From the NCBI GenBank assembly GCA_965116885.1, contig OZ220741.1, positions 5,376,001-5,440,000 on the forward strand: a DNA stretch of 64,000 bases, given 5' to 3'. The notes under the pieces were generated by a model, which did not search any database, was not told the origin of the DNA, and saw only the letters and a list, made by a program, of their open reading frames with translations. Positions 49,427-59,089 of the stretch are shown here, piece by piece. The stretch is from Candidatus Latescibacterota bacterium (GTDB taxonomy: Bacteria > Latescibacterota > UBA2968). Positions within the stretch are counted from its first letter, which is position 1. Each line of letters starts with the position of its first letter. The position numbers and the translations under genes are program-made.

Positions 49427-50785
49427 ATGCAACCCAACATCATCTTGATCAACTGCGACGACCTCGGCTACGGCGACCTCGGCAGTTACGGCTCTAAAAT
49501 CAACAAAACGCCAGCACTCGACAAAATGGCTGCAGAAGGCATCAAATTCACCGACTTCTACATGGCATCTCCCGTGTGTTCGCCCTCCCGGGGCGCCATG
49601 CTCACGGGCTGTTATCCCCCCCGCATAGGCTTTGGCTCTTTTGATGGACGCTGGGTCCTCTTTCCCGGCCAGGGTGTGGGCTTGAACCCCAGCGAAATCA
49701 CCATCGCCAAACTCCTCAAAAACAAAGGCTACGCCACCAAAATAGTCGGCAAATGGCACTGCGGAGACCAGCCAGAATTTTTGCCCACCCGCCACGGATT
49801 CGACAGCTACTACGGCATACCCTATAGCAACGACATGGGCATACAAAAAGAAGACGACAAAAATCCACCTCTGCCCTTATTGCGCGATGAGGAAGTCATC
49901 CAGGCACAACCCGACCAGCGCGGCATCACCGAACGCTACGTCGAAGAATGCGTCCGCTTCATGCGCGACAACAAAGACCAGCCCTTCTTCCTCTACCTCG
50001 CCCACATGCACGTCCACCTGCCCCACTATCCCCCCGAAGCCTTTGTCCGCGAATCTGAAAACGGCGTATATGGCGCGGCCGTCGCCTGCATTGACTGGGC
50101 AGCCGCCGTCATCTTCGACAAACTCAAAACCCTGGGACTCGACGACGACACCCTCGTCATCTTCACCAGCGACAACGGCTCGCGCGCCCGAGACGAAGGC
50201 GGCAGCAACAGCCCTTTGCGCGCCACCAAAGGCACCACCTGGGAAGGCGGACAGCGCGTACCATGCCTCATGCGATGGCCCGGCAAAATCCCCGCGGGCG
50301 AAGTATGCAGCGAACTGACGCTATCCATGGACTTTTACCCCACACTTGCAGCCCTCGGCGGAGCAGAAGTACCCACCGACCGCATCATCGACGGCAAAGA
50401 CATCCGCCCGTTCATGTTCGCAGAAAAAGGCGCAACATCGCAACACGAATCCTTCTTTTACTACAAACGCAACAGCATCGAAGCCGTGCGGAGCGGCAAA
50501 TGGAAACTCCACATCCGCAAAGACGACCAGGAAATCCAGGAACTCTACGACCTCGAAGCCGACATCGGCGAGACCAATGACATCAGTGATCAACACCCCG
50601 ACATCGTGCGGGATCTCAGAGCGCAAATTGACGCCTGCCGCAAAGACCTCGGCGACGATGCCGCGGGCATAACAGGCGAAAACATCCGCCCCGCTGGACG
50701 CGTTGAAAACCCCGACACCCTCACGCATCTCGACCGCGACCACCCCTATATGATCGCCATTTACGACCTCAAAGAACGGGGGTAA
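49427..50785 (+). CDS. Arylsulfatase A-like sulfatase
   Basis: DDLGYGD, CSPSR, GKWH, PYSNDM, TSDNG, EGGQRVP. Confidence 0.93.
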   Translation: MQPNIILINCDDLGYGDLGSYGSKINKTPALDKMAAEGIKFTDFYMASPVCSPSRGAMLTGCYPPRIGFGSFDGRWVLFPGQGVGLNPSEITIAKLLKNKGYATKIVGKWHCGDQPEFLPTRHGFDSYYGIPYSNDMGIQKEDDKNPPLPLLRDEEVIQAQPDQRGITERYVEECVRFMRDNKDQPFFLYLAHMHVHLPHYPPEAFVRESENGVYGAAVACIDWAAAVIFDKLKTLGLDDDTLVIFTSDNGSRARDEGGSNSPLRATKGTTWEGGQRVPCLMRWPGKIPAGEVCSELTLSMDFYPTLAALGGAEVPTDRIIDGKDIRPFMFAEKGATSQHESFFYYKRNSIEAVRSGKWKLHIRKDDQEIQELYDLEADIGETNDISDQHPDIVRDLRAQIDACRKDLGDDAAGITGENIRPAGRVENPDTLTHLDRDHPYMIAIYDLKERG

Positions 50786-50786
50786 C

Positions 50787-51539
50787 ATGGCCCTTACACC
50801 CGAACAAATCGCCGAGTTCAAAGCATTGGGATATGTCCTCGTACCCAATCTAATCGATCCGTCAATGTTGGACAACTGGCGCGCGCAAATTCGCGCCCAA
50901 TTCGGCGATCTCTCTGACCCCGCCCAACAAAACGCCGCAGGACCGCCCCAACAACACCGCGAAGACATCACCATATTGCGGGGCTTTCGCTTTTCGCCAG
51001 AAGAAACACAACTCGTCAACCAGCCCAAAGTCAAAGCCATAGTCGATCACATGGGGGACGATGGACAATTTTGCGGAGAAGACGGCAACCTGCGCCTGCT
51101 CTTGCCCGAACCCAAAAGCGAATGGCGCTTGCCAGAGCGCGGGCACATCGACGGTTATCTCGGCAGACGGCGCACCATGCCTTTTCTCCTCGGACTGGCA
51201 ACCTACATCTACGACGTGGAACCACGCGGCGGTGGCACCGTCTTCTGGCCGCGCAGCCATATCAAATCATGGGAATTTCTTCGCAAACACCCCGATCACC
51301 TCAACCACAGCTTTAGAGAACACCCCGAATATCTCAACCTGGTCAAAGATATTCAACCCGTTGAACTGCATGCAAAAGCGGGCGACGTCATCTTCTGGCA
51401 CTGCAACATCCTGCACGAAACCTCTCAAAACACCAGCAACAACATCCGCTATGGCCTGTTCGCCCGCCTGCCTCACAAAGACCAGGAGATATTCCGAGAC
51501 GAAATACCCGATGACCTCTGGAAACGCTGGCGGATATAG
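50787..51539 (+). CDS. PhyH-family dioxygenase
   Basis: FKALGY, GHID, GGGTVFWPRSH, GDVIFWH..LH, IRY. Confidence 0.87.
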   Translation: MALTPEQIAEFKALGYVLVPNLIDPSMLDNWRAQIRAQFGDLSDPAQQNAAGPPQQHREDITILRGFRFSPEETQLVNQPKVKAIVDHMGDDGQFCGEDGNLRLLLPEPKSEWRLPERGHIDGYLGRRRTMPFLLGLATYIYDVEPRGGGTVFWPRSHIKSWEFLRKHPDHLNHSFREHPEYLNLVKDIQPVELHAKAGDVIFWHCNILHETSQNTSNNIRYGLFARLPHKDQEIFRDEIPDDLWKRWRI

Positions 51540-51618
51540 GTAAGCGGTGAGAAGTGAGATACAAGATGTAAGATGTAATAGCCATAAAATGCACAGAAGA
51601 CACAAAAGAAAGGCGCGT

Positions 51619-51646
51619 GTAGGGGCGGTGCCCCTGTGCCCGCCCG
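51619..51646 (+). repeat. GTAG-family REP element
   Basis: GTAGGGGCGGTGCCCCTGTGCCCGCCCG. Confidence 0.85.
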
Positions 51647-52033
51647 AAGATACAAGACGTAAGAGACCAGGCCAAAGCCACCTACCCCAGAGACGAAAAA
51701 ACAAACCGCCATTACCGTTCGTCTCTTTCTTCACTCACGATTTTTGCCATAGACCCTTTGAACTTAGAAGTAATTCTGAGTACTTCCCGCATTGAGGCCG
51801 CGGCAGCCACCTGATCAAGCGGTACATATCTTTCACCTGACTGCCCATTCATGGCTCAAAATGTACCCTCTCGCCTTTCATCTGTGCCCTTCCCTGTTTT
51901 CACAAGGACATGCCTGCGGATTAAATTCAGGTTGTGAACAAGTGTGCAATACAGCATATTTAAAGCACAATGTAGTGTTCAGGCGTCTTGCCAGGCCAAT
52001 GCAACATCGCTCAATTCTGTGATAATTTCATTT

Positions 52034-52050
52034 TTGGCCTGATATTTGCT
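52034..52050 (+). promoter_or_regulatory. sigma54-like promoter (-24/-12)
   Basis: TTGGCCTGATATTTGCT fits GG-N10-GC. Confidence 0.45.
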
Positions 52051-52067
52051 TTGTCTCTGAGTGTCCC

Positions 52068-52175
52068 ACGCATCGCATTGCCGCCATTGACGATTTACAA
52101 CGCCTCAAGCAATTGCTCCGTACGGCGGTACAGATGCCCAATCTCGAAGCATTTCAGCGCGTATTAGATGCGTAA
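52068..52175 (+). pseudogene. Start-less C-terminal fragment resembling Rpn/DUF4351-type tails
   Basis: THRIAAIDDLQRLKQLLRTAVQMPNLEAFQRVLDA*; no ATG between it and the upstream in-frame stop. Confidence 0.5.
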
Positions 52176-52222
52176 CATGATTTCCATAAGCCTGACGAGA
52201 TACAGGGACACCGCGTAACATC

Positions 52223-52270
52223 TTACCTCTTGACCCCAAAAATTCAGATATTTATACTTTCTGTGAGACG
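52223..52270 (+). repeat. Duplicated promoter cassette, copy 1
   Basis: First 23 nt identical to 54197; contains TTGACC-17 nt-TATACT. Confidence 0.85.
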
Positions 52271-52330
52271 CTCACCTTTGAAAGATGTTATATTATTTTT
52301 TCCAGGCAGATATAAAAATAGGAGGTGGTC

Positions 52331-52630
52331 ATGGCCGTGAGTATAGAAGACCTGGACAAAGAACAAGCTAATTTACGAGGGGAGTTCAATCAATTTGATA
52401 AGCGATTCGAGCGGTCACAAGTAGAATCTGACAATACCCGGCGGGAATTGCTGGATGCAATCAACGGGTTGCGGCAAGACAACAAGGGGTTGTCTGACCG
52501 TATGGATGCGGGGTTTTTAACAATGCGCCAGGAGTTTGGCACCGTTCATAAATGGATGTGGTCTTTCTTTATCGCTGTGATCATAGCGTCGTGTGCTGTG
52601 GTCGGTCTGGTGACCAATTTGTTTGGGTAG
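52331..52630 (+). CDS. Small coiled-coil protein with a C-terminal TM helix
   Basis: AGGAGGT SD; heptad repeats followed by KWMWSFFIAVIIAS... Confidence 0.75.
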   Translation: MAVSIEDLDKEQANLRGEFNQFDKRFERSQVESDNTRRELLDAINGLRQDNKGLSDRMDAGFLTMRQEFGTVHKWMWSFFIAVIIASCAVVGLVTNLFG

Positions 52631-52641
52631 CAGAAGAAGAC

Positions 52642-54082
52642 TTGACGTACTCCCAGGTCTGAAGCCTGTGGGATTCTGAAATCAGAACCTCAGGTTCAGC
52701 AGGGATTGTGCGATCATCAGCCGTTGCTGGCTATACAAGCCCAGTCTTACGCGGCCTCCTGCATAGGTGGACGTCCCCACCTGTGAATGTTTATCGCCGC
52801 GTTGAGGTCCCTGTCTATTTCAAGACCGCAATGGTCGCAGCAGAATGTTCTTTCTCGCAACTCGAGATCGTCTTTCACGGTATCACAACCCGAGCAGGTC
52901 TTAGACGTTTTTTCCCACATATCAAGTTTTTTGAAACCTGTATCCGTCTTTTTGGCAACATACGCAACGATCGTGAGAAAATCAGAGAAACCGAGGTCGC
53001 TAATCTTTTTGCCCCACACCTGTTGCATGGCTTTGATATTTAACGTCTCAAAGCACAAGAAATCATACGCCGCGCATAGTTGATACGCAAGACGCCAATG
53101 ATAGTCCCTGCGCTGATTGGCTATGCGCCTATGCACTCTGGCAAGATTTACCCTTGCTCTGTGACGGTTGTTGCTACCCTTCTGTTTGCGAGAAAAATTG
53201 CGATTGGCCTTCTTGACCTTTCTGATGTTATGAGAAAAGAACAAAGGCGATTGTATTCTTGTGCTGTCTGAGGCTGTCAGGTATGTTTTCAAGCCGAAGT
53301 CAAAGCCTGCGGTTTTACCCGTCTTGACAATGCTTTGCTTGAACCTTTCAGCCTTTGCGACAACACAGAGCCACAAGTCGCCTACACGGTCACGCTTGAT
53401 TGTGACAGTCTTGATACTTTCTACATCGAAACACCTGCTTTTGTGATAGCGAAATACACGCTTGCCGATACGCACTTTGTTAGGCTCAAGAAATTTGTAG
53501 CCTGCCTGTTTCAGCGTATAGGACTTGTATTTGAACTTGCTACGGAATTGTGGCGGTCGCTTGTTGTCTCTGGCAAAGAATCTCTTATAGCCAAAGTCTA
53601 TGCGCTCAACCACATTTTGCAATGCCTGCGACGGTAGCAGACGCCAGTGGGCAAAGCGTGTTGTGTCCTTCAGCTTCTTGAGGTGATTGATCAGTGTGAA
53701 CTTACTCGGATACTTGCCAAATCTGCGGTGGTATCGCTTGTGCAAGGCAATGAAATGATTATACACCTGAGCGAAAGCGTCTATCTCTTGATGGAGATAC
53801 TTGTTTCGGTGGCACTTAGAATACAACTTGAATTTGTAGGTTAGATAGCCCATTATACTCTTGTTTTTTGGTTGGTCTCATCTGTATTTGAATGACTTAA
53901 ACATAAGTAAAATATACACTTAGGTATCGATTTTGTCAAACAAAAAGAGCACTTATGCTAAGCATGTTCCGTGACGATTCTACACGGAAGCAGAACCAAA
54001 ACCATAAGCCCTTGCAAAACAACGCTCGCCAACTCGCGTCTGCTTCCCACGCCTAAAGGCTGTGGGTTTTACGGGCTATTCG
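52642..54082 (-). mobile_element. Non-autonomous IS200/IS605-family element (tnpB only, IS1341-like)
   Basis: Left-end hairpin CCCACAGCCTTTAGGCGTGGG preceded by TTTAT; right end GAATCCCACAGGCTTCAGACCTGGGAGTACGTCAA; no tnpA. Confidence 0.8.
52747..53853 (-). CDS. tnpB: RNA-guided endonuclease TnpB
   Basis: RuvC motifs GFDFG, FETLN and DRDLNAAINI; zinc finger CSGC...CDHC. Confidence 0.95.
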   Translation of the reverse strand: MGYLTYKFKLYSKCHRNKYLHQEIDAFAQVYNHFIALHKRYHRRFGKYPSKFTLINHLKKLKDTTRFAHWRLLPSQALQNVVERIDFGYKRFFARDNKRPPQFRSKFKYKSYTLKQAGYKFLEPNKVRIGKRVFRYHKSRCFDVESIKTVTIKRDRVGDLWLCVVAKAERFKQSIVKTGKTAGFDFGLKTYLTASDSTRIQSPLFFSHNIRKVKKANRNFSRKQKGSNNRHRARVNLARVHRRIANQRRDYHWRLAYQLCAAYDFLCFETLNIKAMQQVWGKKISDLGFSDFLTIVAYVAKKTDTGFKKLDMWEKTSKTCSGCDTVKDDLELRERTFCCDHCGLEIDRDLNAAINIHRWGRPPMQEAA

Positions 54083-54131
54083 ATAAAAATTGTGTGATAT
54101 TCCGTATCACCTCACGGGAACTGGAAAAGCG

Positions 54132-54164
54132 AAATGCCCTGTGTCCGTTACGCAGGGTATTTTT
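54132..54164 (+). terminator. Terminator, probably that of the 52331 gene before the IS inserted
   Basis: AAATGCCCTG...CAGGGTATTTTT. Confidence 0.65.
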
Positions 54165-54196
54165 GTATGTGGTAATCTTATTGATATCCCAACCAT

Positions 54197-54247
54197 TTAC
54201 CTCTTGACCCCAAAAATTCTGACATTTATACTCTCTATTGAGATGCC
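54197..54247 (+). repeat. Duplicated promoter cassette, copy 2 (arsC-family promoter)
   Basis: TTGACC (54204), 17 nt, TATACT (54227). Confidence 0.85.
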
Positions 54248-54271
54248 CTTCACCGCAAAAGGAGATTTAAC

Positions 54272-54622
54272 ATGTCAAAAATCACCATCTATCACAACTC
54301 CAACTGAAGCAAATCCAATGGCGCAATGGATATATTGCGCGCTGGCAACGTCGAGTTCGACGTCATTGAATATTTGAAAACACCGCTGAGCGAACAGGAC
54401 TTGAGAAAATTTCTTGCGCTCCTGCCCGGTGAACCCAAAGACATGATTCACCCCAGTTCCTTCGAAAAACTGGGACGCGACATAGATGACTACAACACCC
54501 CCGATGCACTCGTCGGCTTGCTTTTGGAACATCCCGAAGTCATGAATCGCCCCGTGTGCATTCGCGGAGACCGCGCAGTCATTGCCCGTCCCTCAGAAGC
54601 CATACATGAACTTATAGATTAA
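54272..54622 (+). CDS. ArsC/Spx/MgsR-family protein, probable selenoprotein (Sec12)
   Basis: AAGGAG SD, MSKITIYHNSN-TGA-SKS... in frame with the tracked ORF (EYLKTP, MNRPV, IARP); the TGA aligns to the catalytic Cys. Confidence 0.82.
54321..54340 (+). promoter_or_regulatory. Putative bacterial SECIS hairpin
   Basis: GCGCAAT-GGATAT-ATTGCGC; the loop begins 20 nt after the UGA and starts with G. Confidence 0.7.
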
Positions 54623-54665
54623 AAAAACAGCCGCCGAGACCTGAACCTCGGCGGCTGTTTTTTTT
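54621..54665. terminator. Bidirectional terminator
   Basis: AAAAAAAACAGCCGCCGAG...CTCGGCGGCTGTTTTTTTT between convergent genes. Confidence 0.9.
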
Positions 54666-54677
54666 CATCTTAATAAC

Positions 54678-55466
54678 TCACGCCCCCTCCACCGCTTTTC
54701 TCAACTCATCACCGTTGCTTCGCCACCACGAATGCAGAACTGAGATATCCACCCCGATATTGAAATGCCGCACACCCATATCGAGATATTCCTTTGCCTC
54801 ATCGGGCGACATGATCTCTGCGCGGGGGTGAACACCCATACTCAGCGCAGTCTTAAACACCTCATTCCTCGCATCTGCCACTGCGGGATCACCGCGCTGT
54901 CCCGCCTTGCCAACACTCATCGAATAATCCGAAGGGCCCCATTGCACCATATCCACACCTGGAACCGAAAGAATCGCCTCCAGATTTTCCACCGCCTCCT
55001 TCTTTTCGATCATCAAAGCCACAACCGTCTCCCGCATCGCCTTCACATACTCAGGCCCCCCGCCATATCCCATATACGTATTGCGCCGCGTGTACACACT
55101 GTACAAACCGCCATCCTCCGGCGTATCTGGAAGCGTCACACGCACGCACTCTTTGGCGTCTTCTTCCGTGCGACAATCCGTAAACAAAATACTCCCAAAA
55201 CCAGACCCAATCGCCCGTTGCGACAAATAGTACTGATGGCTGCGATCAATTTTGAACATCATACCCATATTGTACAACTCGGCTGCGCGGCACAAATTGT
55301 CGAGATCGTAGAGATCAAACGTACCGTATTCACCAACGTATTCGACATAGTCGTAAAGTCCCGTATGTCCAATCGCCTCAACAATCGCCGGCCAACTCGA
55401 ATGAATGCGCGTGCCAATGGTAGGTTCGCCCGCATCCAACTTTTCTCTAATCCTGTTGGGTTTCAA
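54678..55466 (-). CDS. HpcH/HpaI aldolase family
   Basis: LMIEKKEAVENLEAILSVPGVDMVQWGPSDYS. Confidence 0.88.
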   Translation of the reverse strand: MKPNRIREKLDAGEPTIGTRIHSSWPAIVEAIGHTGLYDYVEYVGEYGTFDLYDLDNLCRAAELYNMGMMFKIDRSHQYYLSQRAIGSGFGSILFTDCRTEEDAKECVRVTLPDTPEDGGLYSVYTRRNTYMGYGGGPEYVKAMRETVVALMIEKKEAVENLEAILSVPGVDMVQWGPSDYSMSVGKAGQRGDPAVADARNEVFKTALSMGVHPRAEIMSPDEAKEYLDMGVRHFNIGVDISVLHSWWRSNGDELRKAVEGA

Positions 55467-55491
55467 AATAAACTCCTTTGTGAGTGGTTAA

Positions 55492-56382
55492 TCACCCAAA
55501 CAACGACTTAAAAACTCGCTTTGTCTTCTCCAACACATCTTTGGATAACACTTCTCCATCTGAAATTTTCACATTCTCCGCGAGATGATCCACCTTGGTC
55601 GATCCCACAATAGCAGTACACACATCTTTGTGAGAAAGCGTAAACCGCAACGCAAATTCAATCAGCGGCATATCGCCCGCCAATTCTCGCAACGGCATCT
55701 GCTGTGCCCGATCCCACGGATCGCCCATATACGAACCATCTGGCCGGTCGGACATGAGATACACCCCATTGGCAATCGGACGCTTGATAATCGTCCCCAT
55801 ATCCCGGTCGCGCAAAGTCGGCATCAAATTTTCAGCGGACTCCTGGAACAACACATTGTACGTAAACTCCTGTGTATCTAAATCCCACCTCTGCGCCGCA
55901 GCAGCCGCAGCCGATCCATCAGCCGATACACCGACAAACTTCGTCCATCCTCTATCCTTAGCTTCCAACAGCGCGTCAAACGCCGCATCCCAATCGTCCG
56001 CTTCTCCCGGCAACCCGTGAAATTGCACAATATCGATCACATCCATCCTCAACTTGGATCGACTCGTATCGATCGTCCTCAAAATACCCTCGGGCGAATA
56101 ATCCTTTACAATCTCGCGCTTGCCGCCATTGATCACCTGATAATCGCCGCACTTCGTCGCCAAAACAAACTCATCCTGCCGACGGGCGATAAACTTTCCG
56201 ATCCGCTCTTCGCTATCGCCATACATCGCAGCCGTATCGATAAACGCGATACCCAAATCGAGCACCGTATTCAGCACCGCTTCGACCTGCGATTCCGGCA
56301 GCGATGGATTCCCAATCTGCGCCGCGCCAAAACCGATCTCCGAAACTTGCAAACCCGTCTTTCCCAGCGTCCGAAATTTCAT
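55492..56382 (-). CDS. Aldo/keto reductase
   Basis: LGKTGLQVSEIGFG, IDTAAMYG, ATKCG. Confidence 0.92.
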   Translation of the reverse strand: MKFRTLGKTGLQVSEIGFGAAQIGNPSLPESQVEAVLNTVLDLGIAFIDTAAMYGDSEERIGKFIARRQDEFVLATKCGDYQVINGGKREIVKDYSPEGILRTIDTSRSKLRMDVIDIVQFHGLPGEADDWDAAFDALLEAKDRGWTKFVGVSADGSAAAAAAQRWDLDTQEFTYNVLFQESAENLMPTLRDRDMGTIIKRPIANGVYLMSDRPDGSYMGDPWDRAQQMPLRELAGDMPLIEFALRFTLSHKDVCTAIVGSTKVDHLAENVKISDGEVLSKDVLEKTKRVFKSLFG

Positions 56383-56517
56383 TACAACACTCTCACTTTA
56401 CTTTCACGCATTCCGATATTTGCACAAGCCTCTAAAATGTCGTATATAATACAACCAAAATCCACTAAAACCACCAAAAAATCTCAACGGACATAAACTC
56501 GCTTGAGGAGAATTGAT

Positions 56518-57300
56518 ATGGACCTTGGATTGGAAGGAAAAGTTGCGGTTATTACAGGCGGCAGCGAGGGAATCGGCAGAGGAATTGCATCGCGGTTCCT
56601 CGAAGAGGGAGCGAAGGTCGCGATATGTGCGCGACGCGATGATGTCTTGCAGCAAGCAGCGGAGGAACTCCGTGCCTCAACTGGTGGTGATATCCTTGCA
56701 GTTCCTGCTGACGTGACCAAACCGGAAACACTAACGAACTTCATCAACAGAGCGGCCCAGCATTTTGGACGGATTGACATCCTGGTCAACAACGCCGGCC
56801 GGTCTGCCGCGAGCGCCTTTGATGATCTGGACGACGATGATTGGCATGCCGATTTAGACCTGAAACTAATGGGGGCTGTGCGTTGTGTGCGTCTGGTCAT
56901 TCCTCAGATGAAACTCGTCGGCGGAGGACGGATTATCAACGTCACGCATCCGGGGGGCAAACAGCCTGGCGCAGCTTCTTATCCAACCTCCGTGAGCCGC
57001 GCAGCGGGAATAGCGATGACCAAAGCACTATCCAAGGAACTATTACCTCACAATATCCTCGTAAACACCGTGTGCTTGACCTCTATCAAGAGCGCGCAGG
57101 GAGAACGCGCCTGGAAAGCGGAAGGTTCCCCTGGCACGTTAGAGGCGTATTGGAATGAGCGGGCTGAAGAGCATCCGCTGGGACGTTTAGGCGAACCCTC
57201 TGATGCCGGCGCTCTTGTCGCCTTTCTCGCTTCGGAATGCGCTTCTTTCATCACGGGCACGGCGATTAACCTCGATGGCGGATTGTCCAACGTCGTATAG
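56518..57300 (+). CDS. SDR-family oxidoreductase
   Basis: TGGSEGIG, LVNNAG, ITGTAINLDGG; lacks the canonical YxxxK. Confidence 0.9.
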   Translation: MDLGLEGKVAVITGGSEGIGRGIASRFLEEGAKVAICARRDDVLQQAAEELRASTGGDILAVPADVTKPETLTNFINRAAQHFGRIDILVNNAGRSAASAFDDLDDDDWHADLDLKLMGAVRCVRLVIPQMKLVGGGRIINVTHPGGKQPGAASYPTSVSRAAGIAMTKALSKELLPHNILVNTVCLTSIKSAQGERAWKAEGSPGTLEAYWNERAEEHPLGRLGEPSDAGALVAFLASECASFITGTAINLDGGLSNVV

Positions 57301-57345
57301 CAATCGCGTTCAAAATCACCCAAAAATCTCACGGAGCAAATCTGC

Positions 57346-58815
57346 ATGACACAACGCCCAAACATCCTCTTCTGCATTGCCGATGATCAATCCTGGCCCC
57401 ACGCCAGTGCTTATGGTTGCCCCTGGGTCAACACCCCGGCCTTTGACCGCGTCGCACGCGAAGGCATCCTCTTCAACAACGCCTTCACACCCAATGCCAA
57501 ATGCGCCCCATCCAGAGCCGCCATCCTCACCGGTCGCTATTCCTGGCAACTTCAAGAAGCCTGCAACCACCTCTGCTTTTTCCCATCGGACTACGCCACC
57601 TATCCCGAACTTTTCAAAGACGCCGGATACGCCACGGGATTCACCGGCAAAGGCTGGGGCCCGGGCGAACCGGGAACTTATTCAGATGGCTCACCGCGCA
57701 AACTCGTCGGTCCCGAACACAACGACCTCAAACTCGATCCCCCCACAAAAAGCATCGCCAATATAGACTACGCCGCCAATTTCGCGGCTTTTCTCAATGC
57801 CAAACCCGACGACCAGCCCTTCTGCTTCTGGTATGGCGGCAGAGAACCCCACCGCGGCTACGAATACGGCTCTGGCGTGCGCCTCGGGGGAAAATCCCTC
57901 TCTGACATCGACAAAGTACCCCCCTGCTGGCCGGCAACCGAAGACGTCAAAAACGACATGCTCGACTACGCCTTTGAAATCGAATGGTTCGACAAACACC
58001 TAAGGCAAATCCTCGACACCCTCGAAGAACGCGGCGAACTCGACAACACCCTCATCATGGTCACCTCGGACAATGGCATGCCCTTTCCGCGCATGAAAGG
58101 CCAACTCTACGAAATAGCCTATCACATGCCATTGGCCGCCATGTGGAAAGGTGTAATCGAATCGGACCGAATAGTTGACGACCTCGTCAATTTCGTTGAC
58201 TTTGCCCCCACCTTCCTCGAAGCCGCGGGGATTGACATCCATCCCCAAATCACCGGCAAAAGCCTCATGCCCATCTTCGAATCCAGCCAATCAGGCATCA
58301 TTGACCCGGAGCGCACCGCCCTCATCTCGGGCAAAGAACGCCACGACATCTGCCGTCCCGGCACCGTCGGATATCCCATCCGCGGCATTCGCGACCACCA
58401 TCACCTCTACCTGCGAAACTTTGAACCCGATCGCTGGCCGGCTGGCGACCCAGAAGTCTATTATCGCAACATCGACGACTCACCCACCAAAACGCGCGTC
58501 GTCGAAGAAAAAGAACAGGGGAATGAGACCTACTGGCAACTCTGCATGGGCAAACGCCCCAAAGAAGAACTCTACGATATCCAGACCGATCCCCACTGCA
58601 TCACCAACCTCGCCGAAAGCGCCGACCACCAGACCATCAAACGCGCACTCTGGCAAAAACTTCGCAAAACCCTCAAACAACACGGCGACCCCCGAATGGA
58701 AGGCCGCGGCCACATCTTTGACGAATACCCCGTCACCAACCCAGAACAAGAACAAAGAGTCAAAGAACGGTTCCGCATCGCCAACGAAACGGGTGTCTTC
58801 TTCAAAAACTTTTAA
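57346..58815 (+). CDS. Sulfatase (sulfamidase-like)
   Basis: PNILFCIADD, CAPSR, GKGWGPG, TSDNGMPFPR. Confidence 0.9.
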   Translation: MTQRPNILFCIADDQSWPHASAYGCPWVNTPAFDRVAREGILFNNAFTPNAKCAPSRAAILTGRYSWQLQEACNHLCFFPSDYATYPELFKDAGYATGFTGKGWGPGEPGTYSDGSPRKLVGPEHNDLKLDPPTKSIANIDYAANFAAFLNAKPDDQPFCFWYGGREPHRGYEYGSGVRLGGKSLSDIDKVPPCWPATEDVKNDMLDYAFEIEWFDKHLRQILDTLEERGELDNTLIMVTSDNGMPFPRMKGQLYEIAYHMPLAAMWKGVIESDRIVDDLVNFVDFAPTFLEAAGIDIHPQITGKSLMPIFESSQSGIIDPERTALISGKERHDICRPGTVGYPIRGIRDHHHLYLRNFEPDRWPAGDPEVYYRNIDDSPTKTRVVEEKEQGNETYWQLCMGKRPKEELYDIQTDPHCITNLAESADHQTIKRALWQKLRKTLKQHGDPRMEGRGHIFDEYPVTNPEQEQRVKERFRIANETGVFFKNF

Positions 58816-58828
58816 ATGAGGGGTGTAA

Positions 58829-59089
58829 ATGAATTGGCCAAGTTGGTGGGAATGGGATCTGGGTTTTACGGCACATGTGGAAGTCCGAATGGAGGAAAGA
58901 GGTTTCTCCGAGATCGAACTGCGAACAATGCTTGATAGTGCTTCAAAATTGACCCCTGCACGTCACCCCAATCGTTGGCTTATTCATACTCGCCATGCTG
59001 GACATCCCTGGGTTGTCGTCGTTGAGCCAGATTTGGACGACAAAATTCTTATGATCGTAACCGCATATCTTGAAGAGGTACAGCCATGA
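58829..59089 (+). CDS. DUF4258-like putative toxin
   Basis: FTAHVEVRMEERG...VVVEP...IVTAY. Confidence 0.75.
   Translation: MNWPSWWEWDLGFTAHVEVRMEERGFSEIELRTMLDSASKLTPARHPNRWLIHTRHAGHPWVVVVEPDLDDKILMIVTAYLEEVQP

Noticed and set aside
52747..53853. Cas12f or nuclease-dead TldR
   Set aside because: No CRISPR array, IS605-type ends are intact and the RuvC catalytic residues are present.
53895..53908. ACTTAAACATAAGT as a second copy of the nurA-operon palindrome
   Set aside because: The arms are similar but the spacer differs, and it lies inside the IS; probably coincidence.
54272..54622. arsC pseudogene or genome-wide UGA recoding
   Set aside because: The UGA falls exactly on the catalytic Cys with a SECIS-like hairpin, and UGA is an ordinary stop in rpmI and rplT. 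A pseudogene is less likely but not excluded.
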